Made by a program: the position numbers and the translations under genes
Notes under the pieces: generated by a model
Told to the model about the DNA's origin: nothing
Database searches by the model: none
The model's input: the letters and a program-made list of their open reading frames with translations, nothing else
Assembly: GCA_951406725.2 (NCBI GenBank)
Contig: OX597821.1
Location: 111,662,001-111,726,000, forward strand
Length of the DNA stretch: 64,000 bases
Direction of reading: 5' to 3'
From: Octopus vulgaris
Taxonomy: Eukaryota
Shown: positions 13,032 to 25,402 of the stretch, one piece after another
How the letters are laid out: every line of letters begins with the position of its first letter
How positions within the stretch are numbered: position 1 is the first letter of the stretch

Positions 13032-13396
13032 AATGGTCCAGTGGTTAGGGCAGCGGACTCGCGGTCGTAGGATCGCGGTTTCGATTCTCAGACCGGGTGT
13101 TGTGAGTGTTTATTGAGTGAAAACACCTAAAGCTCCACGAGGCTCCGGCAGGGGCTTGTGGCGAACCTTGCTGTACTTTTTCACCACAACTTTCTTTCAT
13201 TCTTTCTTCATGTTCTGTTGTACCTGTATTTCGAAGGACCAGCCTTGTCACACTCTGTGTCACGCTGAATCTCCCCGTGTCGCGTTGAATCACGCGTGTC
13301 TGTGGAGTGCTCAGCCACTTGCACGTTAATTTCACGAGTAGGCTGTTCCAGTGATCAGATCAGCTGGAACCCTCGTCGTCGTAACCGACGGCGCGT
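13032..13396 (+). mobile_element. tRNA-headed SINE family S2a
   Basis: A-box TGGTCCAGTGGTTAG, B-box GTTTCGATTC; matches 43940-44130. Confidence 0.8.
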
Positions 13397-13399
13397 CAC

Positions 13400-13818
13400 A
13401 ATATGGTTGTATGGTAAGAAGTTTGCTTTCCAGCCATATGGTTCTGGGTTCAGTCCCACTGCGTGGCACCTTGGGCAAGTTCTACTATAGCTCGGGCCAA
13501 CCAAAACCTTGTGGGTTTGATAGATAGAAACTAACAGAATCCCATCGTACATATGTGTGTGTGTGCGCGCGCGTGCGTGTGTATGTCTTTGTTTGTCCTC
13601 CACCACCGCTTGACAACCGGTGTAGATGTATTTATGTCCCTGTAACGTAGCGTGCCGGATAAAATGTTTCATGGCATTTCGTCCGTCTTTATGTTCTAAG
13701 TTCAAATTCCACCGAGGTCGACTTTGCCTGTCATCCTTTCGGAGTCGTTTAATTAAATTACAGTGAAATACTGGAGTCGATGTAATCGACTAGTTCCCTT
13801 ATGCCTTTAGTAGAAAGG

Positions 13819-13820
<2 letters not shown>
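13400..13820 (+). mobile_element. S1 SINE 5' part fused to an S3 SINE body
   Basis: ggttcagtcccactgcgtggcaccttgggcaag followed at ~13660 by gttcaaattccaccgaggtcgactttgcc. Confidence 0.7.
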
Positions 13821-13856
<36 letters not shown>

Positions 13857-13857
<1 letters not shown>

Positions 13858-14054
13858 GAGTGAGAGAGCAGCGCATGCCATCAAAGTGACACTGGGGTAA
13901 AATATACGAAGCCCAGTATACCCATCATGACTACCCGTCTGATAAAGGTACACCAGGCACATGCATCACAACTATATGTGCGCGACATGGTGATCTCATA
14001 TCAAGATGAACAGCGCATGACTTTGCAGGTGGGGCCCAGTTAGAATTTTCTTCT

Positions 14055-14056
<2 letters not shown>
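13857..14056 (-). repeat. Family T copy flanked on both sides by (TTA)n
   Basis: Reverse complement of 49740-49937; (TTA)n at 13820-13857 and 14057-14117. Confidence 0.8.
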
Positions 14057-14106
<50 letters not shown>

Positions 14107-14118
14107 CATTATTATTAC

Positions 14119-14149
<31 letters not shown>

Positions 14150-14599
14150 AATTATAGATAAGGGATTTTATCGATGCTAATGTTTTTTTTTCTTTCTTCA
14201 TGGCATTATTATTAAACAATAGTTTTATACCAACCTAGTATCATTGACACATTTCTGTTTGACTTTTAGTCCGATGTTCTCTTTTCTAGATCAGCTGTGA
14301 CTTCCAGCCTGGAATAAGAAGTTAATTAGTGACTTTAATTTGATTTTGATTTTGATTTTTCCAGTTTCAGCTAATGAGCTGTGGCCATGCTGGGGCACCG
14401 CCATTTAAATTGTTGTAATTAATTGTTGTAATTAATCACCAAAATCTTGGTATTTTTGCGCAATGGATTAGAAGACGCGATAAAATGCCGAAAAAGAAAA
14501 GAAGACTTTCAGCAGTTATTATTGTCTCCCTTTGTGTTTAATCTTCAAACGTCCCCGGGATGGGGTCAACTTTGCCTTTCAATATATAGAAAAAGTAAA

Positions 14600-14920
14600 A
14601 AGGCAGCGAGCTGGTAGAATCGTTAGCACACCGGGTGAAAAGCTTAGCGGCGTTTCGTCCGTCTTTACGTTCTGAGTTCAAATTCTCCCGAGGTCGACTT
14701 TATCTCCTATCCTTTCGGCATTGATAAAATATACACCAGTTGAACATTAGGGTCGATATACTCGACTTAATCTTTACGCTGAACTTGCTGGCCTTGTGCA
14801 AAAAATCCGGAACCTTCCGGGTCGATAGAATAAGTACCAGTTGTCTAATGAGGTCGATGTAATCGACTTACGTCCTCCCGCCAAACTTTCTGGCCTAGGG
14901 CCAAAACTTGGAACTAGTAT
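14600..14920 (+). mobile_element. SINE family S3 copy with partial internal duplication
   Basis: aggcagcgagctggtagaatcgttagca...gagttcaaattc...gtcgac core; repeated gtcgat..aagtaccagttg. Confidence 0.75.
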
Positions 14921-15224
14921 TTAGTTCATCAAGACAAAAATGGCCGAGTGGATACGGTATTGGACTGCAAGTCCTGAAACCACGAGTTCAAATACGCTAG
15001 AGGCCGTTTATGTGCCTTTGCGTTAAATGTTTAGTTTTTTGTCTCACGTTTATCTGTTCAAATCTGGTCTGACTCTCGAAAAGGTGGATCAAAATATTTT
15101 ATCAGTGGAAACAGCACATATTCTGTAGAAATAGTATTCTGGAAAAATATTTCTGTCTCGTGAGAATTTCGGCTCTTTCATTGGGTTTTATCTAAAAACG
15201 TTTGGTGTAAGTTCTAAGCAGTGA

Positions 15225-15557
15225 AGGCACATGGCTCAGTGGTTAGGGTATCAAACTTACGACCGCGAGGTTGTAATTTCGAATCCCGGACCGGGCTGCG
15301 TGTCGTGTCCTTGAGCAAGACACTTTATTTCACGTTGCTCCAGTTTACTCAGCTGTAGAAATGAGTTGCGACGTCACTAGTGCCAAGCTGTATTGGCCCC
15401 TTTGCCTTTCCCTTGGATAACATCGGTGGAGTGGAGAATATAGGCCGGTATGCATGGGCGACTGCTGGTCTTCCGGTAATAACCGTGCCCGGACTTGTAC
15501 CTAGGAGGGTAACTTTCTTGGTGCAATCTCATGGTCATTCATGACCGAAGGGGGTCT
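15225..15557 (+). mobile_element. tRNA-headed SINE family S2b
   Basis: TGGCTCAGTGGTTAG and TTCGAATCCC boxes; aligns end to end with 55574-55903. Confidence 0.8.
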
Positions 15558-17306
15558 CCTCTCCGAAGTTCTAAGGGAACTGAAACTAGGACTTGAATAA
15601 TGTTATGCTACTGGTATCTTTTCGGAAAGGTATGAAGGCCATAACTTCTTAAATGTACTCCTTTTAAAAGGTATTTGGCTTTGGTTTCATGTTTGCGTCA
15701 AAAAAAAAAGAAAAAGAAAAAATATCTACAATACAAAAATATCATTATTTTAGCTTCAGAAGTAAAAATACCGAAGAGAAATTATATTTTCCATGGTCGA
15801 ATAATTTCAGTATTAATAAGCATATCGTTTTCCCTTTAGGGGTTTTGTATAGCATTTTGTTCGTTTACAACAATTGCATGTTTTAAAGGAGGATATGTAA
15901 GTACTGGATCGTGCAACCAGGAGATTTGAGCAACGATTAGCAGCTGTTATAACATGCTTTCAGATAAGAACAACAAGAGCAACAATAATTTTTTAGAATA
16001 GTTTGTGTGTGGCATGGAATATAATTAGTCCAGCGAGAAAGTCGATTAGATGTATATGAAATACAGTTAGCAACTTTTCATTCGACAACACAAAACTACT
16101 CGGCAAAGGAAATACGAAAGTTCGTCACGCAAACATTTCGTTGTTCTTGAAGATAGTTAAGATGCCAAGAGAATATTTCAACAAAGAAAATCAATAGCAA
16201 GAAATGTGACTTTTGTTTTGTGACTTTAGCTGTTTGTTTCCATTAAACACCTCTCGTGTGCAAGAAAATTCCACGTACATTTCGGAAAATAAACTACTAA
16301 TTTACATGTGTCTATCTTGCAAAGATGGTCATTTGTGCTTTCTCGTTGTTATCTTCTTGCTGTCGTTGCAAATGTTGTTGTTGCAAATGTTTTTGCTGTT
16401 GCTGTTGTTTCTGCTGCTGTTATTATTGTTGTTGTTGTTGCTGTTGATGTTTGTGAAAGATGGCGAGGACGATGTTGGTGCTAAGAAAGGCAGCGGAGTT
16501 TCGTGTTAGTTGGAAACATTATTTTAAATTCTAAAGAAAGCAAACTATAGCAATCGCCTTGCAACACTCATTTGAATAATGGGGTTGGCCTTTTGACTCG
16601 CAGAATTGCAAATTCGTCCTCTATTACCGGCATTATTTTATAACGTCCAGTTTATAATCGGTGTTGCAGTTTCTGTGTTCAAATTGTGCCATAGCATACT
16701 CAGAGAAGAGAAAACAGAACCTGTGGTTGTTTTTAGGGTCTCCGAGATGGGTCGAAGGAAGGAGGAACGAAATGAGGCTATTTCGCTGTTAAAAAATCGT
16801 TTAAATTTTAAGGGTTAATCTACTTCTAGCTCCAAATAGGGACGAAATGAGATGCTCTAAATGCAGCCAGAGGGTTGGATGTTACATGAAGCAGGATGGC
16901 AAACTAACACTGTAGCAGGTTTAACAATGAACTTCGAACGCCCCCGTCAAAGAAATAAAAAAGAAAAGGAAAAATCTTGAAAAAAAAACCGTAATATAAA
17001 CGTTAAGGGGTCAGCTACTCATAGCTGTAAACAGGAACAAAGTAGTCTGCTCTAAATGCAACCAAAGGGTCAGTTCTTATTAAATCAGATGGTGGATTAA
17101 AGCTAATCACTGGTTTAACATCGGCGAACACGTGGTAAGTTTACTTCCAAATAACATGGTCCCGGGTTCAGTCCCAATGCATGGCACTTTGAGAAAGTGC
17201 CCTCTACTATAGCCTTGTGTCGGCCAAAGCCTCGTGAGTGGGTATGGTAAACAGAAACTATATATATATATATATATAGACGGCATGAGAGGCATTGTTT
17301 ATTGGG

Positions 17307-17379
<73 letters not shown>

Positions 17380-17381
<2 letters not shown>

Positions 17382-17884
17382 CGGCATGAGAGGCATTGTT
17401 TATTGGGGTCGACTAAAAAAACTCAATCCCTACTCTCTCCAAAGCCACCGGGAGGGATACATCATTTTTGTGAAGTGGAAAATATTCCATCAATATTGCA
17501 CAAATGATGTTGGCATCAATTTTAAAATCCATCCCAGTCTTGGCCCCCGTGCTATCCGCCCACTACAAAAATCCAACTCGGTACACATAGCAACAGTACG
17601 TCACAACTACTTTACCTCAACCGGTCCAGCTCTCTTTAATACCATACCAAAATACGTCAAAACGGAAACAGATCCCATAAAATTCAAAAGTTCACTGGAC
17701 AAATTTCTTCAAAAAATCCCGGACCAACCTCCTACACTCGGATATGTCTCCAACAATAATAACTCTTTGCTAGAGTGGGCTATGGTGTCCCATATATGGC
17801 TAAAAGACTTCACCAGGGGGTGCTATTGAGTTAGACATGGCCTGGGCCTAAACTGGCCGAAACCTATCAAAGTTATCAAAGTTT
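17380..17884 (+). mobile_element. 3' end of a CR1/L2-group LINE (ORF2 C-terminus plus short tandem tail)
   Basis: YWGRLKKLNPYSLQ..RE.Y.I...WKI, GPALFNTIPK, FKSSLDKFLQKIPDQP; tail tatcaaagttatcaaagtt. Confidence 0.8.
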
Positions 17885-17896
17885 TATATATATATA

Positions 17897-18053
17897 TAAA
17901 ATTATAATTTAGGGTATCTAAGAGATATCACCACGCTGGAAATAGCTGCCAAAACTTGACTCTAAAACCACATTTAATGTGGTTTTAGAGTCAAGTTTTG
18001 GCAACTATTTCCAGCGTAATGATATCTCTTAGATACCCTAAATTATAATTTTA
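17897..18053. repeat. Near-perfect foldback palindrome (~78-bp arms)
   Basis: Arms centred at ~17975 with only about three mismatches; unit homologous to 43070-43150. Confidence 0.9.
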
Positions 18054-18116
18054 ATAATAATAATTACCTTTGAAGGTTTCTATTCCCATGCTGACCACTT
18101 GATAAGATCGATATTT

Positions 18117-18181
<65 letters not shown>

Positions 18182-18787
18182 TTCGTATGTTTTGAATTCG
18201 TTGGTACTGGATGTTGAAAATAGTTTGTCTGATGTTACTCGAGTCAGATAGGTATGTTCAATTTTTTCAGTGCTCTCTAATTTAAAATTATTGAAATCTT
18301 TGTGCTGATTACGAGAATGTTAGAACAGAGATGTAATTCTTGCATCTCCATATCTAACTAACTCAGAAACGCGTCCACAAGTAATCAAATGCCGGGTGAA
18401 CTTTCGTTATTTTCCCCTCTATGCCTAAGTGAATTGTTTTTGAGTATACCTTGTCTGGGAGAATTCTTCTTATAGTAGAAGAAATAGCTAAGTTCTTTGG
18501 CTGCTATTTCTAAAAGTTCGGTATGTGGCAAAGCAAATTTTTTTGCTGAAGCCTAATTATAATTATATTCATAATTATATAAAGCATCTTGTTTTAACCA
18601 TCAGGCTTTAATTCTTAAGAAGGTCTCGCAGAAGGTCTTGTGTAATCCTATATATCGTGATAAATTTTAGCGTATGAATCAAGGATTTGTGTTCTCTCTT
18701 CAAGATTCCAACTTCGGTCATACTTTGCTTCAGATGGGTTGCTACATATCCTGTTGTTCCAGTTCAAAAGATATGAAGCTGAAAATG

Positions 18788-18919
<132 letters not shown>

Positions 18920-19559
18920 AGACAGACAATCGCAATATTCCCAAAATGGTATTTATTCTGTTTAATAGCTATGCCCATGACCCACCTGGAAACATTATGC
19001 ACCATGTAATTATTACATAATTAATTGTAGTTAATATTTTTTTAATTAATTCATTAATTTATTTATTATAAATTAATTGAAAAAAAATTTAATTTAATTT
19101 AGCGTGGAAGTCATTTCACCAGGAACGTTTTTGAAATATGAGAATCAAATTTTATTCTATGCTTAAGAATGCAGTCGGATGGTTTCTGCCGAGTGCTGCA
19201 AGGCAGGAATGAGATTTAGTGTTGCGAAGGCTCGCACACTGGTCCTCTCAAGAAAATCTGAAACCACGCTGTTTCATCCAGGTTGTTTAACATGCCTCCA
19301 TGTTTATTAAACATGTGGGTGTATCACTAAGAGGTTTGCTTCCCAACTACATGGTTTTGGGATCAGTCCCCTGTGTGGTATCCTAGGCAAGTGTATTCTA
19401 CTACTAAACGGAAACTACGAGAAAGCTCGCCGCATATATGTATATGTGTGTCTTTGCATCTTTGTGGCTATGCTTGTCACCCCACAGCATTTCACTACCG
19501 ATCATGGTTTGTTTACGTTCCTGTAACTTAACGGTTCGGCAATAACACCGATAAGATAT

Positions 19560-19779
19560 TCTTTTATTCTTCTAGTTGTTTCATTCATTTGACTGCGGCC
19601 ATGCTGGAGTACAATCTTAACGGGTTTTAGTCGAACAAATCGACTTATTCTTTGTAAGCGTAGTACTTATTTTATCGGTCACCTTTGCTGAACTGCTAAG
19701 TTACGGAGACGTAAACACACCAACATCGGTTGTGAAGCGATGGTGGGGGACAAACACAGACACATACATACACGCACGC

Positions 19780-19821
<42 letters not shown>

Positions 19822-19980
19822 GACGGGCTTCTTTCAGTTTTTGTCTACCAAATCCATTCACAAGGCTTTGGTTGGCCCGAGGCTATAGTAGAAGACACTT
19901 GCCCAAGGTGCCACACAGTGGGAATAAACCTCGAATCATGTGCTTGGGAAGTAAGCTTCTTTCCACACAGCCATGTCTGC
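19560..19980 (-). mobile_element. SINE family S1, near full length (diverged + strand copy adjacent at ~19330-19555)
   Basis: Head, (CA)n centre and tail all align to 29016-29445. Confidence 0.85.
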
Positions 19981-20613
19981 AACTATTTGTACAAGAATTT
20001 TAATAAAATAAGTACTGAGGAACATTTGTTCGACTAAAATACTTCAAGACAATGCCCCAGCATGGCCGCAGTCCAGTGACTGAAGCACGTAAAATATAAA
20101 CGATGAGATTTCATTAGTCGACAAAAAGTGAAAACAAAAAGTCTACAGATGCATGTCTCACCTCCTACCGCAACTTTTATCCCAGTGCACACATAAAAAA
20201 AAAAAAAACTATGTTGTCCCCCCATCAGACTCTTTGTTTCCAGTAACCATACAGACGTTTCACGCCGTTCTCAGAGGATGTTACCACTCACTTTGATAAT
20301 CACAGGTCGAAGGAGAGGTACGAACACGTGAACCGTGTATTTGAATTACGAGTTAGTTCTTGGACCAATAATGTTTCATGCCCATTTGGTTTGAAGCAAA
20401 ATATTTTACAGATGTAATTCCTATTTCATTGAATAGCATTTTGGTGAAACATCGACTGGTACCATGGGGTACGTTACCAAATTTCGTCTTGTATTATTAG
20501 TTTGTTTTTCAATTTGTTTCCATTCAAATGCATTCACTTCCAGAATAAATATATCGCCATATATCAAATGAACGAGATTAACATGATGTGTATGTGTGTG
20601 TGTGTATGTATGT

Positions 20614-20708
<95 letters not shown>

Positions 20709-20753
20709 TATATATATACATATATATACACATATATGTATATATATATATAC

Positions 20754-20816
<63 letters not shown>

Positions 20817-20855
20817 TATATATATATATATGTATATACAATATACATATATATG

Positions 20856-20894
<39 letters not shown>

Positions 20895-20951
20895 GCATAT
20901 ACATACATATGTATTTGCGTACACACATATATATATATATGTGTGTGTGTA

Positions 20952-20986
<35 letters not shown>

Positions 20987-21404
20987 TAGTATATAAATAT
21001 ATACAAATATATAGATATATGTGTGTGGATGTATGTTTGTATGTATGTATACATGTATGTATGTGTATGTTTGTATGTTTGTATGTATGCAAGTGTGTAT
21101 ATATATATATCCATACATATGTTCATTTTTGTGGTTTAGCAACAAAGCCATTCAAATATAACACGATCAAATTTAAGAATTATTTTATTTTATTTCGTTT
21201 TCACTTCCATTTATTCTTCGTTCTTTACTCTGTCTCGCTGGATTTCGTCAAAAAGTTTGTCATCAGATATAAATTTACTCGTCTGACTGACTGGAATTTC
21301 TCTGAAGTTTCCCCAACTGAAAAATATTTCAGCCTTCTCGTATGACAAGTGAGACTAGTATAAAAAAAAAGAGATAAGAATACACACACACAGACACACA
21401 CAGA

Positions 21405-21473
<69 letters not shown>

Positions 21474-21524
21474 CACACACACACACAGCACACACAACAC
21501 ACACGTATGTGTGTATATTGTATT

Positions 21525-21566
<42 letters not shown>

Positions 21567-21692
21567 AATATATATATATATGTATGTATGAAGGCATGTA
21601 TGTATGTACATATATAATATACATGTATAGTATGTATTTGTATATATGTGTGTGTATATATACATATATATGCATATATATATATATGTATA

Positions 21693-21754
<62 letters not shown>

Positions 21755-21852
21755 CACACAGATGTATTGATGCAGACAGATAGAGAAATAGATAGATAAT
21801 TAGATCGACAAAAAGATAGAGGGATATGTGCCTAACATACATGTATACATAC

Positions 21853-21884
<32 letters not shown>

Positions 21885-22028
21885 TTACATATATGTGTGA
21901 TTGCGTGCCTCTGCACACGCACACACAAACACACAAACATACACACACATGCATGTCTATATATATATAAACATCCACCAACACGCGTGCACACAGCCAT
22001 GCACGTGCACAAACACGCATACGTTCAT

Positions 22029-22117
<89 letters not shown>

Positions 22118-22170
22118 AGAGCAGAATAAAAAAGGGTTTAGTTTTTCTCTTTATTATAACATCATGGATT

Positions 22171-22270
22171 ATATCTACACGTGTTTCACTAGCGAGTACA
22201 ACTTTACTGCGCGGCAATAGTTACGTAGGCGATTGCATAATCACATCAGAACACCAGATCTTCAGAAGAA
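22171..22270 (-). ncRNA. Hammerhead-like motif with long stem II
   Basis: Minus strand CTGAAGA-T-CTGGTG...CGCTAG-T-GAAA-CACGTG-TA; stem I poorly conserved. Confidence 0.45.
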
Positions 22271-22713
22271 AATAGTAATTTAATTCTGTGTTATTTAACA
22301 AACACAGTTGATCGACAGTATTATATATATACAGAGGGCAGTTAATATAGTAACGATTATTTGGGTTTTTGCGATGAGCTATCTGGAAGATCTGCCATGT
22401 GCGTCGCTCCCGGAAATGTGTAGAAAATTGATCAGTCTGTGCCTGAGGATCGTCAGGAACAATCAACTACACTGCTGATGTTGTTCGTCTGTCGTATGAG
22501 TCTGTGCAGGTAATCTTAAAATCGAGGTCGATTTTGCCTGTCATCCTTTTGGGTTCGATAAATCGAGTACCAGTTGCATACTAGTTTATCCTGTGCATGT
22601 TATATTATTAGCATTATTCTGTGTTTGAGAATAAAATTATTTCTTTATCTGTATCTTTCACTACATTTCAACGCTTCTAAAGCAAACTTTGTTAACTTTC
22701 AACATAAGTTGAA

Positions 22714-22771
<58 letters not shown>

Positions 22772-22798
22772 GTGTGTGTGTGTATGCGCGCGTGTAGT

Positions 22799-22928
22799 TG
22801 GAATTTACAAAAAAAAACACCACAAAAGACGAAGACAGGTGTGTAAACAACAAACAGGTGTTTGACGCTCAGGAAGGTGAGAAATTCATTTACGTTTCGA
22901 GCCTACGCTCTTAAACAGAAAGGAACAC
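22799..22928 (-). mobile_element. Penelope-like terminal repeat P1 fragment
   Basis: aaagacgaagacaggtg...tttacgtttcgagcctacgctctt. Confidence 0.65.
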
Positions 22929-22949
22929 GGTGGCTGTGTGGTAAGTATA

Positions 22950-23115
22950 GGCGTAGGAGTGGCTGTGTGGTAATTAGCTTGCTTACGAACAACATGGTTC
23001 CGGGTTCAGCCCCACTGCGTGGCACCTTGAGCAAGTGTCTTCTACTGTAAGCTTCGAGCCGACCAAAGCCTTTTGAGTGGATTTGTTAAACGGAAATTGA
23101 AAGAAGCCCGTCGTA

Positions 23116-23202
<87 letters not shown>

Positions 23203-23414
23203 TTGTGTGTCTGTGTTTGTCCCCCCAACATCGCTTGACAACCGGTGTTGCTGTGTTTACGTCCCCGTATCTTAGCGGTTCGGCAAAAGAGACCGATAGA
23301 ATAAGTACTAGGCTTACAAAGAGTAAGTCCTGGTGTCGATTTGCTCGACGACTAAAGGCGGTACTCCAGCATGGCCACAGTCAAATGACTAAAACAAATA
23401 AAAGAGTAAAAGAG
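22950..23414 (+). mobile_element. SINE family S1, full length
   Basis: tRNA-like head TGGCTGTGTGGTAA...GGTTCAGCCC, internal (TA)n(TG)n, tail ggcggtactccagcatggcc..gtcaaatgact, (aaaagagt)n. Confidence 0.9.
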
Positions 23415-23558
23415 AGAGAGAATAAAAAAAGCTTTAGTGGCTAAGCGGTCGATAATGTCGATGGCTGGACAGAGGTGATCAGACAGATCCATTTAAAAGA
23501 AGAAAAGAAAATGGCGATTAGGAAGCTAATAATTGTTTATATTTAACAACAAATCGGT

Positions 23559-23670
23559 CATCTTCATTTACAGCTGTTTCAATTAATACGCAATAAGTTA
23601 ATTACAAATTTGCACATTAAATTTACATTTATATGACATGAGTATAATTTCATCAGAGGGAAAAAAGATG
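23559..23670 (-). ncRNA. Type I hammerhead ribozyme motif, canonical core, long loop 2
   Basis: Minus strand CTGATGA-AATTA(59 nt)TAATT-GAAA-CAGCTG-TA; distal stem I CATCTT/AAGATG. Confidence 0.6.
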
Positions 23671-23977
23671 TACCTTTGAACGTTATATGTGGGCTTATCA
23701 ATTTATTTCAGTAGACTACATATTACGGTTTATGGTTTGTATTGTTATATGCTCGGGCGAGGGGTTTAACTGGTTGATTAGAGATAAAGCAGAATAGGTT
23801 AATAAAATTCGAACAATAAATAAAGTCATTAGACATGATAGAGGGAAGTTAAATATAAATAAGGTAAATTTATAGTCAATAAAAGACTAAAATATTGATT
23901 TATAAAGTATAAATAAAATCATAAAAATTTATATATGTGCTTGTACATATACATGTATACACATACTCCCAGATATA

Positions 23978-24385
23978 TACTTTTCTACTCTAGGTGCAAG
24001 GCCCGAAATTTTGGTGGAGGGGGCCAGTCGATTAGATCGACCCCAGTATGTAACTGGTACTTAATTTATCGACCCCGAAAGGATGAAAGGCAAAGTCGAC
24101 CTCGGCTTTACTGCCCACAAGAGGCTAGACACAGAGGGGACAAACAAGGACAGACAAACGGATTAAGTCGATTATATCGACCCCAGTGCGTAACTGGTAC
24201 TTATTTAATCGACACCGAAAGGATGAAAGGCAAAGTTGACCTCGGTGGAATTTGAACTCAGAACGTAAAGACATACAAAATACCGCTAAGCATTTCGTCC
24301 TGCGTGCAAGCTTTTCTGCCAGCTCGCCGCCTTTCTTTGAACCAAATATTCTTTCCTTCTCTAGGCACAAGGTCCGAAATTTCCT
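23978..24385 (-). mobile_element. Tandem S3 SINE units
   Basis: Repeated aactggtactta..ttatcgaccccgaaaggatgaaaggcaaagtcgacctcgg. Confidence 0.8.
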
Positions 24386-24389
24386 CGCC

Positions 24390-24686
24390 ACTGGAATAAT
24401 GTTCGCCTCCCAAACTCTCTTTCATGAGGTCAAAGAGATGATAATCCTGTGACGAAGTGTAATGAAGAGGTGATTCAAAGAACAGTCAACAGAATTTTAC
24501 GGGGCAGGGAAACATGCTCTCATTCGAAGATGGAACATTGCTATTGAGAGAAATGGTGACTATGTTGAGAAATAGAGATGTGATCCACAGAGGACCAGCT
24601 TCATCTTGATGTAAGATACATGTTCCTGTGTTGGTAATTATACCAGTCCTAAACAAAATGCTATTACTTTTTGACTCACCCTCATA
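24390..24686 (+). mobile_element. Mariner transposon 3' fragment with TIR
   Basis: EFY.AG.HALIRRWNIAIERNGDYVEK* followed by ttactttttgactcaccctcata. Confidence 0.75.
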
Positions 24687-24688
24687 TA

Positions 24689-24774
<86 letters not shown>

Positions 24775-25118
24775 TATACATATGGTGCAGGAGTGGCTGT
24801 GTGGCAAGTAGCTTACTTACCAGACAGACGTGCTGTTTTTTGCTCCGGCAAATGTCACGTGTTAACGTGAATTATTGAACATTTACGGCAACAGGTAGGA
24901 CATTTTGGATATTTTTGGAAGCATAGTGAGGTTTATTGCTTGCCGTTAATACTTTTTTGGCATTAATGTTAATTAGTGTTAACACTTTTCTGCGCGTAAT
25001 AAGCTTCACTTGCTTCGGATGTATTTGTTCTGCCTGTTGGCGTATTTATTGTCTCACCTCTTAGTGAGAATTGTGTATTTTGAAGAGGCATAGCCCCTCC
25101 TCAAAAATTAATTTGTTC

Positions 25119-25234
25119 GCTTGGATTTACCACGGAGAACCAATTGTGCTTGGATTTACCACGGAGAACCAATAGTGCTTGGATTTACCACGGAGAACCA
25201 ATAGTGCTTGGATTTACCACGGAGAACCAAGTGT
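25119..25234 (+). repeat. 4 x 29-bp tandem repeat in the element's 5' UTR
   Basis: gcttggatttaccacggagaaccaat(t/a)gt starting at 25119, 25148, 25177, 25206. Confidence 0.95.
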
Positions 25235-25402
25235 GCTGCAACTAGGAGTAGCCTGTTTCGTGAGGATTACCAGTTGCAGAACTGTGTTGCCATTATTTGA
25301 ACTGTCTTCCTTCGTCCTTTTCTCTGTTCTGTCTTTCTGTTCTGTCATTGTGTTTTTTTCTTATTGGACTTTGAACTTTTAGTTGAACTTTTTTTCAAAA
25401 TC

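Noticed and set aside
16850-17075. Short direct repeat tgctctaaatgca.cca.agggt
   Set aside because: Two ~23-bp copies only; no element structure discernible.
20421-21854. Long YI/CV/TH-rich ORFs (also 38935-39832, 46865-47522 and many others)
   Set aside because: Stop-free translations of (TA)n, (CA)n and (TG)n microsatellites.
25119-25234. CRISPR-like 29-bp repeats
   Set aside because: Units are directly adjacent with no unique spacers; no cas genes; they lie inside a retroelement.
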